Origin: an uncultured delta proteobacterium
GTDB lineage: Bacteria > Myxococcota_A > Polyangia > Palsa-1104
Assembly: GCA_963785725.1 (NCBI GenBank)
Contig: CAWAWS010000009.1
Coordinates: 76,314-140,313, forward strand
Direction of reading: 5' to 3'
DNA: 64,000 nt
Of the stretch, positions 46,276 through 59,289 are shown in pieces. Every line of letters starts with the position of its first letter. The stretch's first letter is position 1. Under the pieces are notes generated by a model. It was not told the origin of the DNA, searched no databases, and was given only the letters and a program-made list of their open reading frames with translations. Position numbers and translations under genes: made by a program.

Positions 46276-47112
46276 ATGCCGCTTTTTTCGCGCCCTGACG
46301 GGCAGCTGGTCACCAACGAGGCGCCGGTACGGCGCATCATGCCGTATCTCATGAAGGGGCGTAACGAGAGCGTCGTCTTGCACGAGGCGCGCTACGACCT
46401 GACGCGGACGCTGCCGTGGCTGAAGCAGCAGCAGGCGGAGGGGCACAAGATCACGCTCTTCCACTTACTGCTGCATGCGGTTGCGCGGACGCTGCACGAG
46501 CGGCCGGGGCTCAACCGCTTCGTGTCCGGTGGGCGCTGCTATCAGCGCAAGGGCGTGTGGATGTCGTTCGCGGCCAAGAAGGCGTTCGCCGACGACGCGC
46601 CCATCGTGACGGTCAAGGCGGAGTTTCCCGAGAGCGACAAGTTCGCCGACGTGCACGGGCGCATCGCCGGCGCCGTCGACGGGGCGCGGCGCAGCGACGG
46701 CAAGAAGAGCGCGGTCGACAAAGAGCTGGCGCTGGCGTTGATGCTGCCGGGGCCGCTGCTCAGCCTGGTCATGGGCTTCTTGCGCTGGCTCGATCGCGTG
46801 AATTTGATGCCGGCGGCGATGATCAAGGGCGACCCGATGTACGCCAGCGCGTTCGTCGCCAACTTGGGGTCGATCGGAATCAGCGACGTCTATCATCACC
46901 TGTTCGAGTACGGCACGGTCAGCTTGTTCGCGGCGGTGGGCAAGGTCGACAAGATGGTGTTCGTCGACGAGCAGACGCTGCAGCCGGTGGTGCGCGACGC
47001 GGTCAAGGTGTGCTGGACGTTCGACGAGCGCATCCACGACGGGTTCTACTGCGCCAGCTCGCTGAAGATCGCGCAGAACATCGTCGAGGATCCCGAGAAG
47101 TACGTCCGGTAG
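46276..47112 (+). CDS. 2-oxoacid dehydrogenase E2-like catalytic-domain-only protein
   Basis: PGLNRFV, ANLGSIG, FDERIHDG (DHRxxDG variant); no lipoyl domain. Confidence 0.82.
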   Translation: MPLFSRPDGQLVTNEAPVRRIMPYLMKGRNESVVLHEARYDLTRTLPWLKQQQAEGHKITLFHLLLHAVARTLHERPGLNRFVSGGRCYQRKGVWMSFAAKKAFADDAPIVTVKAEFPESDKFADVHGRIAGAVDGARRSDGKKSAVDKELALALMLPGPLLSLVMGFLRWLDRVNLMPAAMIKGDPMYASAFVANLGSIGISDVYHHLFEYGTVSLFAAVGKVDKMVFVDEQTLQPVVRDAVKVCWTFDERIHDGFYCASSLKIAQNIVEDPEKYVR

Positions 47113-47143
47113 GTACCGTCGCGCCGCCTGGCCGCGCGCGCGT

Positions 47144-49334
47144 TCAGCGCCGCTTGTCGTGTCCTTTACTGCCGTGTTTGTCGTGCGCCTTCTCGGCCGT
47201 CACCACCACCGGCTTATCCGCGACGTGCTGAAACAGCTTGCCCGCCGCCGCGCACTCCTTCTCCGCCGCCTCCGCCAACAGCGCGTAATCGATCGACTGC
47301 TCCCGCTGCGCCGCGATATAGGCCGCCCGCAAGATCGCGTTCTTGATGTGTCCGCCCGACAGCTCGAACGTCTTGCCCAGCTTCGCGTAGTCGACTTCCC
47401 CGACCGGCGCGCGCGACGGAATCAGCGTCCGCCAAATCCGCGCCCGATCGACCGCCGTCGGAAACGGCACGACGATGTGATAGGCGATGCGCCGCTTGAA
47501 CGCCTGATCGATCGACGCTTCCAAGTTCGTCGCCAAGATCACGATTCCCTCGTAGCGCTCGAGCTGCTGCAGGAGAAAATTGGTCTCCATGTTGACGAAA
47601 CGATCGTTCGCCGTCTCCACCTTCGCCACGCGCGACGAGAACAGCGCGTCGGCCTCGTCGAAGAACAAGATCGAATGCGTCGACTTCGCCTGCACCAAGA
47701 TCTCGTTCAGGTTCTTCTCGGTCTCGCCCACGAACTTCGAGACCACTTTCGCCGGGTTGACGCGATAGAGCGACAGGCTCAGCTCGGACGCGATGACCTC
47801 GGCGGCCAGCGTCTTGCCCGTTCCCGGCTCGCCCGACAGGAGCACGACGAGCCCTTTTCCCGTCGGCAGCTTCTCGTTGAAGCCCCAGGTGTGCAGCACT
47901 TTGGCGCGATTGCGGCCGGCGGCGATGATCTCCTCGACTTGCGAGCGCTCGTCGGGCGGCAGGACGAGCACGTCGAGCGTCAGCGCGCCGTGGCGCGTGC
48001 GCTCGGCGTAGCCGGCCAAGTCGCCGCGCAGCTGCGCCTGCGCCGCCGTGTCCAAGTCCGCCATCGTCAACAGCGACGACGGGCCGCGCGCGACCGCCTT
48101 CGACACCGCGTACAAGACGGCGCTGCGAATCGAGCCGCCCGACAGCTCGTAGCGCTTGGCCAGATGGTTGATGTCGACGTCGTCGGCCAGCGGCACCGTC
48201 GGCAGGAGCAGCTGGCGCCAGATCGGCTCGCGCAGCGCGCCCGTCGGCACCTCCAGCAGCAGCCGCAACAGGACGCGGCGATCGAGCGTCGGATCGAGGC
48301 GTTCGGGCGCGGCCGTCGTCAGGATGACGAGCCCGTCGAAGCGATCGAGCGCGCGCAACAGCGCCTGCAGTCGCGGCGTGCCGGCGCCGCGGCCGCCGAA
48401 GAGCAGCTCGGCGCCGTCGAAGAGCACGACGGCATCGGCCAGCCGCGCCTCGAGGAACAGCTCGTCGAGCTCGCTCTCGAGCACGCGTCCGGCGTCGGCC
48501 AGGCGCGCGCCGTCGATAGTCGAACAGCTGTTTACTTAGCCGCTTGGCGAGCGCCGCGGCCAGCGTCGTCTTGCCCGTGCCCGGCCCGCCGACGAAGAGC
48601 GTGACCACGGCGCGCCCCGACGGCAGCAGGCGATCGTAACCCCAGGCTTGCAGCCGCGCGCTCAGCCCCGGCTGCGCGGCCAACAGCTGCTCGAGCTCGG
48701 CGCGCGCTTCGGCCGGCAAGACGACGTCGGCGAGCGCGACGTCGGGCCGGCTCAGCTTGGCGTACGTCGACGTCAGGCCCGTCGGATCCTGGCCGAGCAC
48801 GACGCGCGCCACGCGCGGCGGCAGCTTGAGCTCGCAGGCGAGCAGGTTGTCCCGGGCGTCCGGCCGCGCGCGGTCGAGCGTCAGGAGCCGATGCGCCAGC
48901 AGCGGCGCGTCGGCTCGGAAGCGCGCCCGCGCCCGCAGCCGCGCGGCGACGCCGTCATGATGCACCTGCACGACGAGCCCGACGTCGAGCCAAGGATGAA
49001 ACGCCGTGCCCGACAGGCGCGTGTGCAGCTTGCCCAGCGTCGGATCGAGCTGCGCCGCCGCCACATGCGTAAGGACGTGCACGTCTTCGTCGTCGAGCCC
49101 GAAGCGCTGCTGCAGCTGGACGATTCCCGGCGGCGCCGCCGTTGCCGACAGCCGCGCCGCCAGCGTGACGTCGAGCGCCGCGCCGCGCTCGGCCAGCGTG
49201 CGCGCCACATCCGCCTTGTCCTCGGCGACGGCGAGCGCGCGCTCGAGCCGCAGCCGCACCCGCGCGCAGACGGCCTCCAAATACTCGGCGTCGTCGGCGA
49301 ACGGCGCCGCGTCCGTCCGCACGCGGTTCACCAC
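47144..49334 (-). CDS. Afp15/Pvc15-like eCIS AAA+ ATPase with two ATPase modules (apparent frameshift near 48515)
   Basis: N-terminal 'LQQRFGLDDED..DPTLG..APLLAHRLL'; Walker A GGPGTGKT and GEPGTGKT; VSKFVGETEKNL, FFDEADALF, LLQQLE, IDQAFKRR, ELSGGHIKN. Confidence 0.85.
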
Positions 49335-49540
49335 TACGAAGTCTTGTTGGTCTGCGTCACGCCCTGCGGCTGCTCGTAGTATTCGTCGGTGAGCTCGCGC
49401 GACTCGATGGTGTCGCCGAGCGCCTCCTCCAAAAACTTCGTCTCGGCGACGCAGCTTTGGCCCTTGATGCACTTGACGAGCACTTTGACCTCGCCGTCGG
49501 GCCCGATGGTGATCTCGAGCTCTTTGCGTTCACTCGACAT
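49334..49540 (-). CDS. DUF2997 small protein
   Basis: ITIGPDGEVKV..GQSC..TKFLEEALG..RELTDEYY. Confidence 0.85.
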   Translation of the reverse strand: MSSERKELEITIGPDGEVKVLVKCIKGQSCVAETKFLEEALGDTIESRELTDEYYEQPQGVTQTNKTS

Positions 49541-49543
49541 GGC

Positions 49544-49941
49544 TCAACCCCACTTGCTGACGGTGAGCTTGACCGAGCCGTCGGCCTGCACCGCGTTGGT
49601 ATCGATGGTGTAGCCCTGCTCTTCGACGGCCGCCACGACGCGCTGGTAGGCGTACTTCGCGTTCAGCTCCTTGACGACCTCTTCTTCCTTCAGCCCTTTG
49701 GTGGTCTCGACGCCCCACCAATCGGCGTCCAGCGAATAGTTGCCGTCCTGCTTGCTGCACGACGCCGACGTCGTATTTGCCCATGTCGATGGACGATCGC
49801 CGCCTTCATCGTCTGCCCGCGATAGCCGCGCACGACGACGCCCGCTTCGTCGTGCTGATACTTCCAGCCCAGCTGATCGAGCGCCTTCTTGAGCGCCGTC
49901 AGATCGTTGATCTTCGTCGCGACTTTGGTGAAATGCGACAC
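49544..49941 (-). CDS. DUF1257 / Ycf35-family protein (apparent frameshifts near 49755-49795)
   Basis: MSHFTKVATKINDLTALKKAL..VRGYRGQT..YDVG..DGNYSLDADWW..YAYQRV..QGY..DGSVKL. Confidence 0.85.
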
Positions 49942-49944
49942 GAC

Positions 49945-51509
<1,565 letters not shown>

Positions 51510-51517
51510 TGGATTCC

Positions 51518-53515
51518 TCAGCTCTCTACGACTTCGCGCAGCTTGCGGAGGAGACCTTTGGCATCTTCGGTGCGATCGACCGAGACGTTGATGGCGTCTT
51601 CCAGCGTGCGGACGGCGGCGTGATCGGGCACCGAGCTACCATGCTCGGCGACCAGATCCTTCGCCAGGAGAATATTGGTGCGCAGCTCGCTCAACATGTC
51701 GTTGATGCCGCTGTAGGCCTCTTCGGCGCGATGCTTGATCTCGACGATGATGGCGCTCGATCCGTTGGTCGCCGGCGCCGCGGCCGCACCGCTGTGCGCC
51801 GTTTGCGCCGCCGCCAGCTCGCGCTCGAGTCGCGTCACCTCGTCCTCGAGATGCTGCAGCCGCGCTTCGGCCGGCACGACCACCTCCGACGTCGAGTCCA
51901 TCAGCTGCGGATGCGCCGCTTGCCGCGCCTGCTCCGCCGTCGCGTTGGCCATCGCCGAGCGCGTCCGCTCGAGCTCGAGCTGCAATTCCGCCGCGCGTTT
52001 TTTCTCGCGATCGGCTTCGACCATCAAGCGATCGGCCGTCTGCGACGACGCGTCGCGCGCCTTCAACGCCTCGGCCAGCGCCTCTTCCGCTTTGACGCGC
52101 GCCGCTTCCGCCTTCGCCAGCTTCTCTTCGGTGCGCGAGCGGGCCGCGTCGATCGTGCCCTTCGACTGCAGCGCCGACGCGCGCTCGACGTCGAGCTTGG
52201 CCAGCTGATCTTCCAGCTGCGAGCGCTCGCGCTCGACCGTCTCCAGCCGCTCTTGCGCGCGACCCCGCTCGGTCTCGGCGCGACGCAGCTCGACCTTCAC
52301 TTCGCGCAGCTCCGTCGCCAGCCGCATGTGCTCGTCGCTGCTGCCGGCCGCGCCGCCGCCGCCTTCGCTCATCATGCGCGCCAGGCGCCGCTGCTCCTCT
52401 TCGAGGCTCTCCACTTGATGCTGCTGGCGGATGACCTTGTCGCGCAGCTCGTCGCGCTCGTTCTTCATGGCCGCGGTCTCGCGCTGCGTCTTCTCGCGCT
52501 CGCCGCGCAGATCCTTGACCGCCGTCTCCAGCGCCGTCAGACCGACCTTGCGCTCTTCGAGCATGCGCTCCTGCTCGCTGATGACCTCGCGCAGCTGATC
52601 GAGCTCGGCCACGCGCGAGTTCAGCTCTTTCCAGCCTTCATCCTTGGTCTTCTGGATGTCGGCCATCTTGGCGCGCATCTCGTCGGTCATGGCCTTGGTG
52701 CGCTGGACGTCTTCGTGCGACCGCTCGAGCTGCCGATCGCGCGCTTGCACTTCGTCGCTGAGCTCGTCGACGCGCCCCTTCGCCGTCAAAAACTCCTGGC
52801 GCAGCTGCTCCGACTCTTCGCGCAGCTCGTTGCCGACCTTGGTGAGCGCGTGGATCTCGTCGTCGGCGAGCGACTTCTCGCGCTGCGCCTGCGCCAGCCG
52901 CTCGCGAAACGCGGCGCTCTCGGCGCGCATACGCTGCAGCTCGGCCGTGCTCGTCTCGGCGCGCGTGTTGGCGGCTTCGAGCTCCTGCATCGCCTCGCGC
53001 AGCCGCGCCGCCAGCATGTCGCGCTCTTGCGCCGTCTGCTGCAGCTCTTGGTTCGTCTGCTGCATCAGCGCCGCCGGATTCAGCCCGCCGCCGCCGCCGT
53101 ATGCATTCTGCAGCGACGGATCGACCTGCACGCTGTCGCCGGGCAGGCTCTGCGCTTCCATCGCCGCCGTGCGCGGCTTCTGCGACTGCGACACGGCCGG
53201 CGACTGCTGCTGCGCCACCGGATCGGCCGTCTCGACGAAGCGCACCTGCAGCGTCCCGCAGCGCACGACGTCGGCGTGGTTGAGCGCCTGCTTCTGGATG
53301 CGCACTTCGTTGACGAACGTGCCGTTGGACGAGCCGAGGTCCTCGACCATCCAGCGACCGGTCGTATACGAAATCTTGCAGTTCTTGCGCGACACCATGG
53401 CGTCGTCGGTGCGCACGGCGCAGTCGGCGCCGCGGCCCAAGAAGACGCCTTCGGCGAGCACGTCGATCGAAGAATCCCGCCCGGTTCCGTCGCGATACAA
53501 GAGCTTGGCGCCCAA
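51518..53515 (-). CDS. FHA domain plus long coiled-coil protein
   Basis: FLGRG..VSRKN..DLGSSNGTFVNE followed by about 450 aa of heptad-rich E/R/Q sequence. Confidence 0.88.
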   Translation of the reverse strand: MGAKLLYRDGTGRDSSIDVLAEGVFLGRGADCAVRTDDAMVSRKNCKISYTTGRWMVEDLGSSNGTFVNEVRIQKQALNHADVVRCGTLQVRFVETADPVAQQQSPAVSQSQKPRTAAMEAQSLPGDSVQVDPSLQNAYGGGGGLNPAALMQQTNQELQQTAQERDMLAARLREAMQELEAANTRAETSTAELQRMRAESAAFRERLAQAQREKSLADDEIHALTKVGNELREESEQLRQEFLTAKGRVDELSDEVQARDRQLERSHEDVQRTKAMTDEMRAKMADIQKTKDEGWKELNSRVAELDQLREVISEQERMLEERKVGLTALETAVKDLRGEREKTQRETAAMKNERDELRDKVIRQQHQVESLEEEQRRLARMMSEGGGGAAGSSDEHMRLATELREVKVELRRAETERGRAQERLETVERERSQLEDQLAKLDVERASALQSKGTIDAARSRTEEKLAKAEAARVKAEEALAEALKARDASSQTADRLMVEADREKKRAAELQLELERTRSAMANATAEQARQAAHPQLMDSTSEVVVPAEARLQHLEDEVTRLERELAAAQTAHSGAAAAPATNGSSAIIVEIKHRAEEAYSGINDMLSELRTNILLAKDLVAEHGSSVPDHAAVRTLEDAINVSVDRTEDAKGLLRKLREVVES

Positions 53516-53529
53516 AGGCTCCCTCCCGT

Positions 53530-54030
53530 TCAGATGCGGTAGACCATCTCGGTGGTGCCGACGCGAATGACGTCACCGACGGCGAGCTTGCGGCGCGCCA
53601 CCTTCTCGCCGTTGACGTAGACGCCGTTGGTCGAGCCGAGGTCGGCGAGCTCGTAGCCGTCGTCGACCTTTTTGATGCCGATGTGTTTGCGCGAGACGCC
53701 GGTGTCGGTCAAGAGCACCGTGTTGCCGGCGGTCGATCCGATGGTGGTGACGTCACGATCGAGCCCGACCGTCTTGCCCGACAGCGGACCGGACACGAAC
53801 TCGAGCTCGGCGCGCAGCTCGCGCAGCGGCGTGCCGCAGAACTTGCAGACCGTCCAGCTCGGCAGCATGACGCGGCCGCAGTTGCGGCACGGCGCCTCCG
53901 CCGGCTGTTTGCGCCGCAAAACCGCCACGAGCAGCAGCACCAGCCCGAGCGCCACGACGCCGCCGATGATCGCAGGCAGCGCCCACGTCGGAAGCTGTGC
54001 GAGCGAGGCCGGTTGCGGCTGCCATGGCAT
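53530..54030 (-). CDS. TM - zinc ribbon - FHA protein
   Basis: TM helix, CRNC..CKFC, IGS..VSRKH..DLGSTNGVYVNG; TGATG-coupled to the upstream gene. Confidence 0.88.
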   Translation of the reverse strand: MPWQPQPASLAQLPTWALPAIIGGVVALGLVLLLVAVLRRKQPAEAPCRNCGRVMLPSWTVCKFCGTPLRELRAELEFVSGPLSGKTVGLDRDVTTIGSTAGNTVLLTDTGVSRKHIGIKKVDDGYELADLGSTNGVYVNGEKVARRKLAVGDVIRVGTTEMVYRI

Positions 54031-55472
54031 CAGGTGATCGACTTGAACTTGAACTCGGTGCGGCCGAGGCGGAACTGATCGTTGTCGACGAGCTCGTGCT
54101 CACTGACCTTCTTGTCGTTGACGACGATGCCGTTGGTCGAGCCGAGGTCGAACAGCTTGTAGTTGCCGCCCTGGAAGCGCACTTCGCAGTGGTGTGACGA
54201 CATGAACTGATCCTCGACTTTGACGTCGCAGTCGGCGCCGGTGCCGATGAGCGTGCGCGCCGGCTTGAGCTTGAACGTCTGGTCGGCGTATTTGCCGCTC
54301 GTGGCCACGATCCAGCCGACGGCGACCGTGCCCGAGCCGGCGGACATGTCGAGCGCCATCGTCTTCATCGGCTGCTGCGGCTGCGGCGCGACCGGCTTCG
54401 GCGCTTCGGGCGCGGCGACCGCCATCGGCTCCGGCTTCTCGCGGAAGACGAGCCAGGCGATGAGCCCGATGAGGCCGACGACGCCGAGCACGATGATGAG
54501 CCACAGCCACCAGCGCGTCTTGGTTCCGCCCGGCGGCACGTACTCTTTGACGCGCGGCGGGAACGGCATCGTCAGCGTGTTCGAGTAAGCGCCGCCGTTG
54601 TCGCCGCCGACGATGATCTGCAGGTCGTGCTTCTTGTTGTCGCCGCCGACCAGCGCGATCTCGAACGAGGCGACATACTGCTTCTTGATCTCGTCGATGA
54701 CGTTGTTGAAGTGGTTGCCGATGTCGCTCGCCGTCTTGCACATGCGCTCGGTGCCGTTCGACTGCTTGGCGAGGATGCCGAGGTTGCGCGTCTTCGACGG
54801 GTCGAACTCGTTGTAGCCGATGGTGTCGATGACGATGTTGCCCTCGGCGGCGCGCTTGCCCTTCGACGTGAAGATGCGCGGATCCATGTCGGCGTTGATG
54901 CCGTCGGAGAAGACGACGATCAGTTTGCGCTCGTTCTTGGGCACGGCCGCGAGCTGATCGATGGCGATGGCGAGCGCGTCGAGCATGTGCATCTCGGCGC
55001 CCGAGTCGGAGTCGATGGCCATCAGCTTGGCCGCCGATTCGACGTCGGCCGCGACCGTCAGCTGCTCGGTCAGCCGCTTGGTGTCGCCGGCGTAGCCGAT
55101 GAGGCCGACCTTCGACTTCGGCGGCAGCGCGTCGGCGAGCGCGGAAATGGCGCGCTTTTCGTCCTCGATGACGCCCGACATGGCCGAGCCGACCTCGGCG
55201 ACGATGACGACGTTGACCGGCTCCTTGGTCTCGTCGAAGCCGATGAGCGACGTCGAGCCGCCCTGTTCGGCCGAGTCGATGCTGAGCCGGAAGTCTTCCT
55301 TGACCTTGCCGCTCGGCACGTGGCCGTCGCGGTCGACCAGCGACAGGTAGAAGCGCACCGTCGGCATGAGGTGGGCGTCGACGCGCTCGAGGTGCAGCTT
55401 GTCGGCGGCGCGCGCGCTGCCGGTTGCGAGCGCGACCAGAGTGAAAGCGAGGGCGAGTACGGACTTGCGCAT
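54030..55472 (-). CDS. Signal peptide - VWA - TM - FHA protein
   Basis: Signal peptide; degenerate MIDAS (AEVGSAMS), VVFSDG, IDTIG; TM WWLWLIIV; FHA IGT..MSSHH..DLGSTNG. Confidence 0.85.
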   Translation of the reverse strand: MRKSVLALAFTLVALATGSARAADKLHLERVDAHLMPTVRFYLSLVDRDGHVPSGKVKEDFRLSIDSAEQGGSTSLIGFDETKEPVNVVIVAEVGSAMSGVIEDEKRAISALADALPPKSKVGLIGYAGDTKRLTEQLTVAADVESAAKLMAIDSDSGAEMHMLDALAIAIDQLAAVPKNERKLIVVFSDGINADMDPRIFTSKGKRAAEGNIVIDTIGYNEFDPSKTRNLGILAKQSNGTERMCKTASDIGNHFNNVIDEIKKQYVASFEIALVGGDNKKHDLQIIVGGDNGGAYSNTLTMPFPPRVKEYVPPGGTKTRWWLWLIIVLGVVGLIGLIAWLVFREKPEPMAVAAPEAPKPVAPQPQQPMKTMALDMSAGSGTVAVGWIVATSGKYADQTFKLKPARTLIGTGADCDVKVEDQFMSSHHCEVRFQGGNYKLFDLGSTNGIVVNDKKVSEHELVDNDQFRLGRTEFKFKSIT

Positions 55473-55475
55473 GAT

Positions 55476-56201
55476 TTAGCTCATCGACTTGAACTTGAAG
55501 TTGACGCGACCGAGGCGAACGCTGTCATTGTCGATCAAATCGGTGGTGGTGACCTTCTTGTCGTTGACGAAGGTGCCGTTCGTCGAGCCCAAGTCGGCGA
55601 TGCGGAAGCCGCTCGACGTCGACGTGAACTCGGCGTGCCGACCGCTGATCGACGGCTCGCGCAGGACGACGTCGCAATCGGCGGCGGTGCCCACGACCGA
55701 GCGCCCCTTGAGCTGGAACAGCTCGCCCGACTGCGGACCGTCGAGCGGCACCAGCCAGCCGACGCCGTTGCCGGTGGCGACGCCGCCCGACGGCGCGTCC
55801 ATCGCCATCGTGCGCATCTTTTGTTGTGGCTGACCGCTGCTCGCGACCGGCGCTTGCGGAGCCGCCGCCGCCGGCGCCGCCGCGTCCGACCAGCCGCAAT
55901 ACGGGCACTGATCCCAGCTCGCATGCAGCTTCTCGCCGCAGCTGGGGCATTGCTTCTTCTTGGAGAAGAGTCCCATTTTCGCTGCCTTCTGCTTTCCGTC
56001 CGCGCCCGCCGCCGAGCCCGCTTTGGCCTTCTTGGCGACCTCTCCGGCTTTACCCGCGGCGTTGGCGTATTGCCCTTTGACCTGCTTCAGCCGATTGATG
56101 TCGCCCTTGATTCCGCCCTTGATCGTCTCGACACGAAAGACCTTCGTGCGAACGAATTCGAACGGGGATTTGAGCGTCTTGATGAGGCCGTCGAGGAACA
56201 T
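55476..56201 (-). CDS. Zinc ribbon - FHA protein with amphipathic Lys-rich N-terminus
   Basis: CPSC..CPYC; GWLVPLDG; VGT..ISGRHA..DLGSTNGTFVND. Confidence 0.88.
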   Translation of the reverse strand: MFLDGLIKTLKSPFEFVRTKVFRVETIKGGIKGDINRLKQVKGQYANAAGKAGEVAKKAKAGSAAGADGKQKAAKMGLFSKKKQCPSCGEKLHASWDQCPYCGWSDAAAPAAAAPQAPVASSGQPQQKMRTMAMDAPSGGVATGNGVGWLVPLDGPQSGELFQLKGRSVVGTAADCDVVLREPSISGRHAEFTSTSSGFRIADLGSTNGTFVNDKKVTTTDLIDNDSVRLGRVNFKFKSMS

Positions 56202-56219
56202 TAATCGACATTCATCCTA

Positions 56220-57783
<1,564 letters not shown>

Positions 57784-59236
57784 TTACTTTTTCTCCGGGT
57801 CCTTCTTCTCATCGGTAGCGGGACCAGCTGCGGGCTTGTCCGAGACCGGCGTGCCGATTCGCGTCTTGCGCTCATCCGATAGAGACGGCTTGGGCGCTTC
57901 AGTCGCAGGTGTAGCCGCTTTTTTCGGGTCCGGCTTCTTTTCGTCGGCCTTCTTGGCCTCGGCCGGCGCCGCTTTGGGCGCGTCGGGCGCCTTCGGCGCG
58001 TCGGGCGCTTTGGGCGCGTCGGCCGGCAGCTTCTGCGCTTCGACCATCATCGTGCGCTGCGGCTTCAGCGTTTGCGTCGACAGGCGCAGCATCTCTTCTG
58101 TCTTCATGACCTCGAACGCCTGCGTATTGGAGACTGCGCCCATTTCGCGCGCGCCGCCATCGAAGCCGCCGGCCTTGGCCGAGCGCGGTCCTTCGCGGCC
58201 TTCGACCGGCGCCGTGTCGGCGCGCGGCGCCTTCGGCAACGGCGGCTTGACCCGCGGCATCGGCTGGAACCCGTCGTCGAGCTCGAGCGCCATCGTCTTG
58301 CGCTTCTGCTGCTCGCCCGCCGGCGCCGTCTCCGCCTGCTTCTGCTGCTCGAGCGCGCGCTTCAAGTCCTCTTCGGACGTGATCGCCTCGTCGGCTTCCG
58401 ACGCGAGACCGATGCCGCCGATGACGCCCGCCGCCGATGGCCATGAACTCGTTCAGGTCGTCGCGCGGCCCTTCGGCGGCGAAGCGCAGGTAATACTGCA
58501 CGTTCGCCGGCTTCTCCATCTGCAGGATCTCGTGGATGCGAATGACCGCTTCCGGCGAAATATCCTGATACGAGACCGGCATCTCGACGACGCAGGTGTG
58601 CGCCAGATTGACCGGCGGCAGGACGACCGTGTCGATGCCGATGTCGGAGGTGACGCCGATGCGCCAGCCGCGGAACGGCCAGACGTTCTCTTTCACCTCC
58701 GGCTCGTGGCCGGTGAACATCGAGATGAACAGCTTGAGGCCCTTGACGGTGCCGCGGATGCGATAGAGCTCGATGGCGCGACGAATCAGCCGCCGCTTCT
58801 TCTCGATCGGCCAGTCTTCCTCGAGCACCATCGCCGACCACGAGGCCAGCCAGGGCAGGAACTTCTCGGGCGCCTCGTACGGATCGAAGAAGGTGTGGAT
58901 GACGTCGAGCTGCTCCTCGATCGTCGAGAACAGGTGCTGCAGAATCCACAGGAAGTCGCGGAAGAAGTTGCGCCCGTTGACGTCGGCGCGCTGATAGATC
59001 GACGGCAGCCACTTGACGTAGCTCTCGCGCGACACCGTCAGCGTGACCTTGTCGCCCGCATAGATCATCTGACCGCGCGCCGGCTTTTGCGCCAGCACCG
59101 TGTCGCGCGTCTCGTACGACTCCGAGAAGCGAATGTCGTCGACGACGAGGCCGGCGTTCTCGACGAGCAGCCGCGCTTTGCGCAGCGGCATGCCGACGAC
59201 TTCGGGCATGCGAACGAGCGCTCGCTGCTGCGTCAA
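57784..59236 (-). CDS. PASTA domain fused to phage-tail (P2 gpI-like) baseplate protein with disordered tail (apparent frameshift near 58428)
   Basis: PASTA 'MPEVVGMPLRKARLLVENAGL..VLAQKP..G..VTLTVS'; tail domain 'WLPSIYQ..FDPYEAPEKFLPWLASW..RRLIRRAIELYRIRGT..EKPA'. Confidence 0.85.
57965..58025 (-). repeat. Coding 18-bp tandem repeat (DAPKAP)x3
   Basis: Direct reading of the minus strand. Confidence 0.75.
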
Positions 59237-59289
59237 CAGCGAGTCCTGCTACGCGGGCCGATCGCCGCGTTGTCGCTGCGCTCCGCTGC

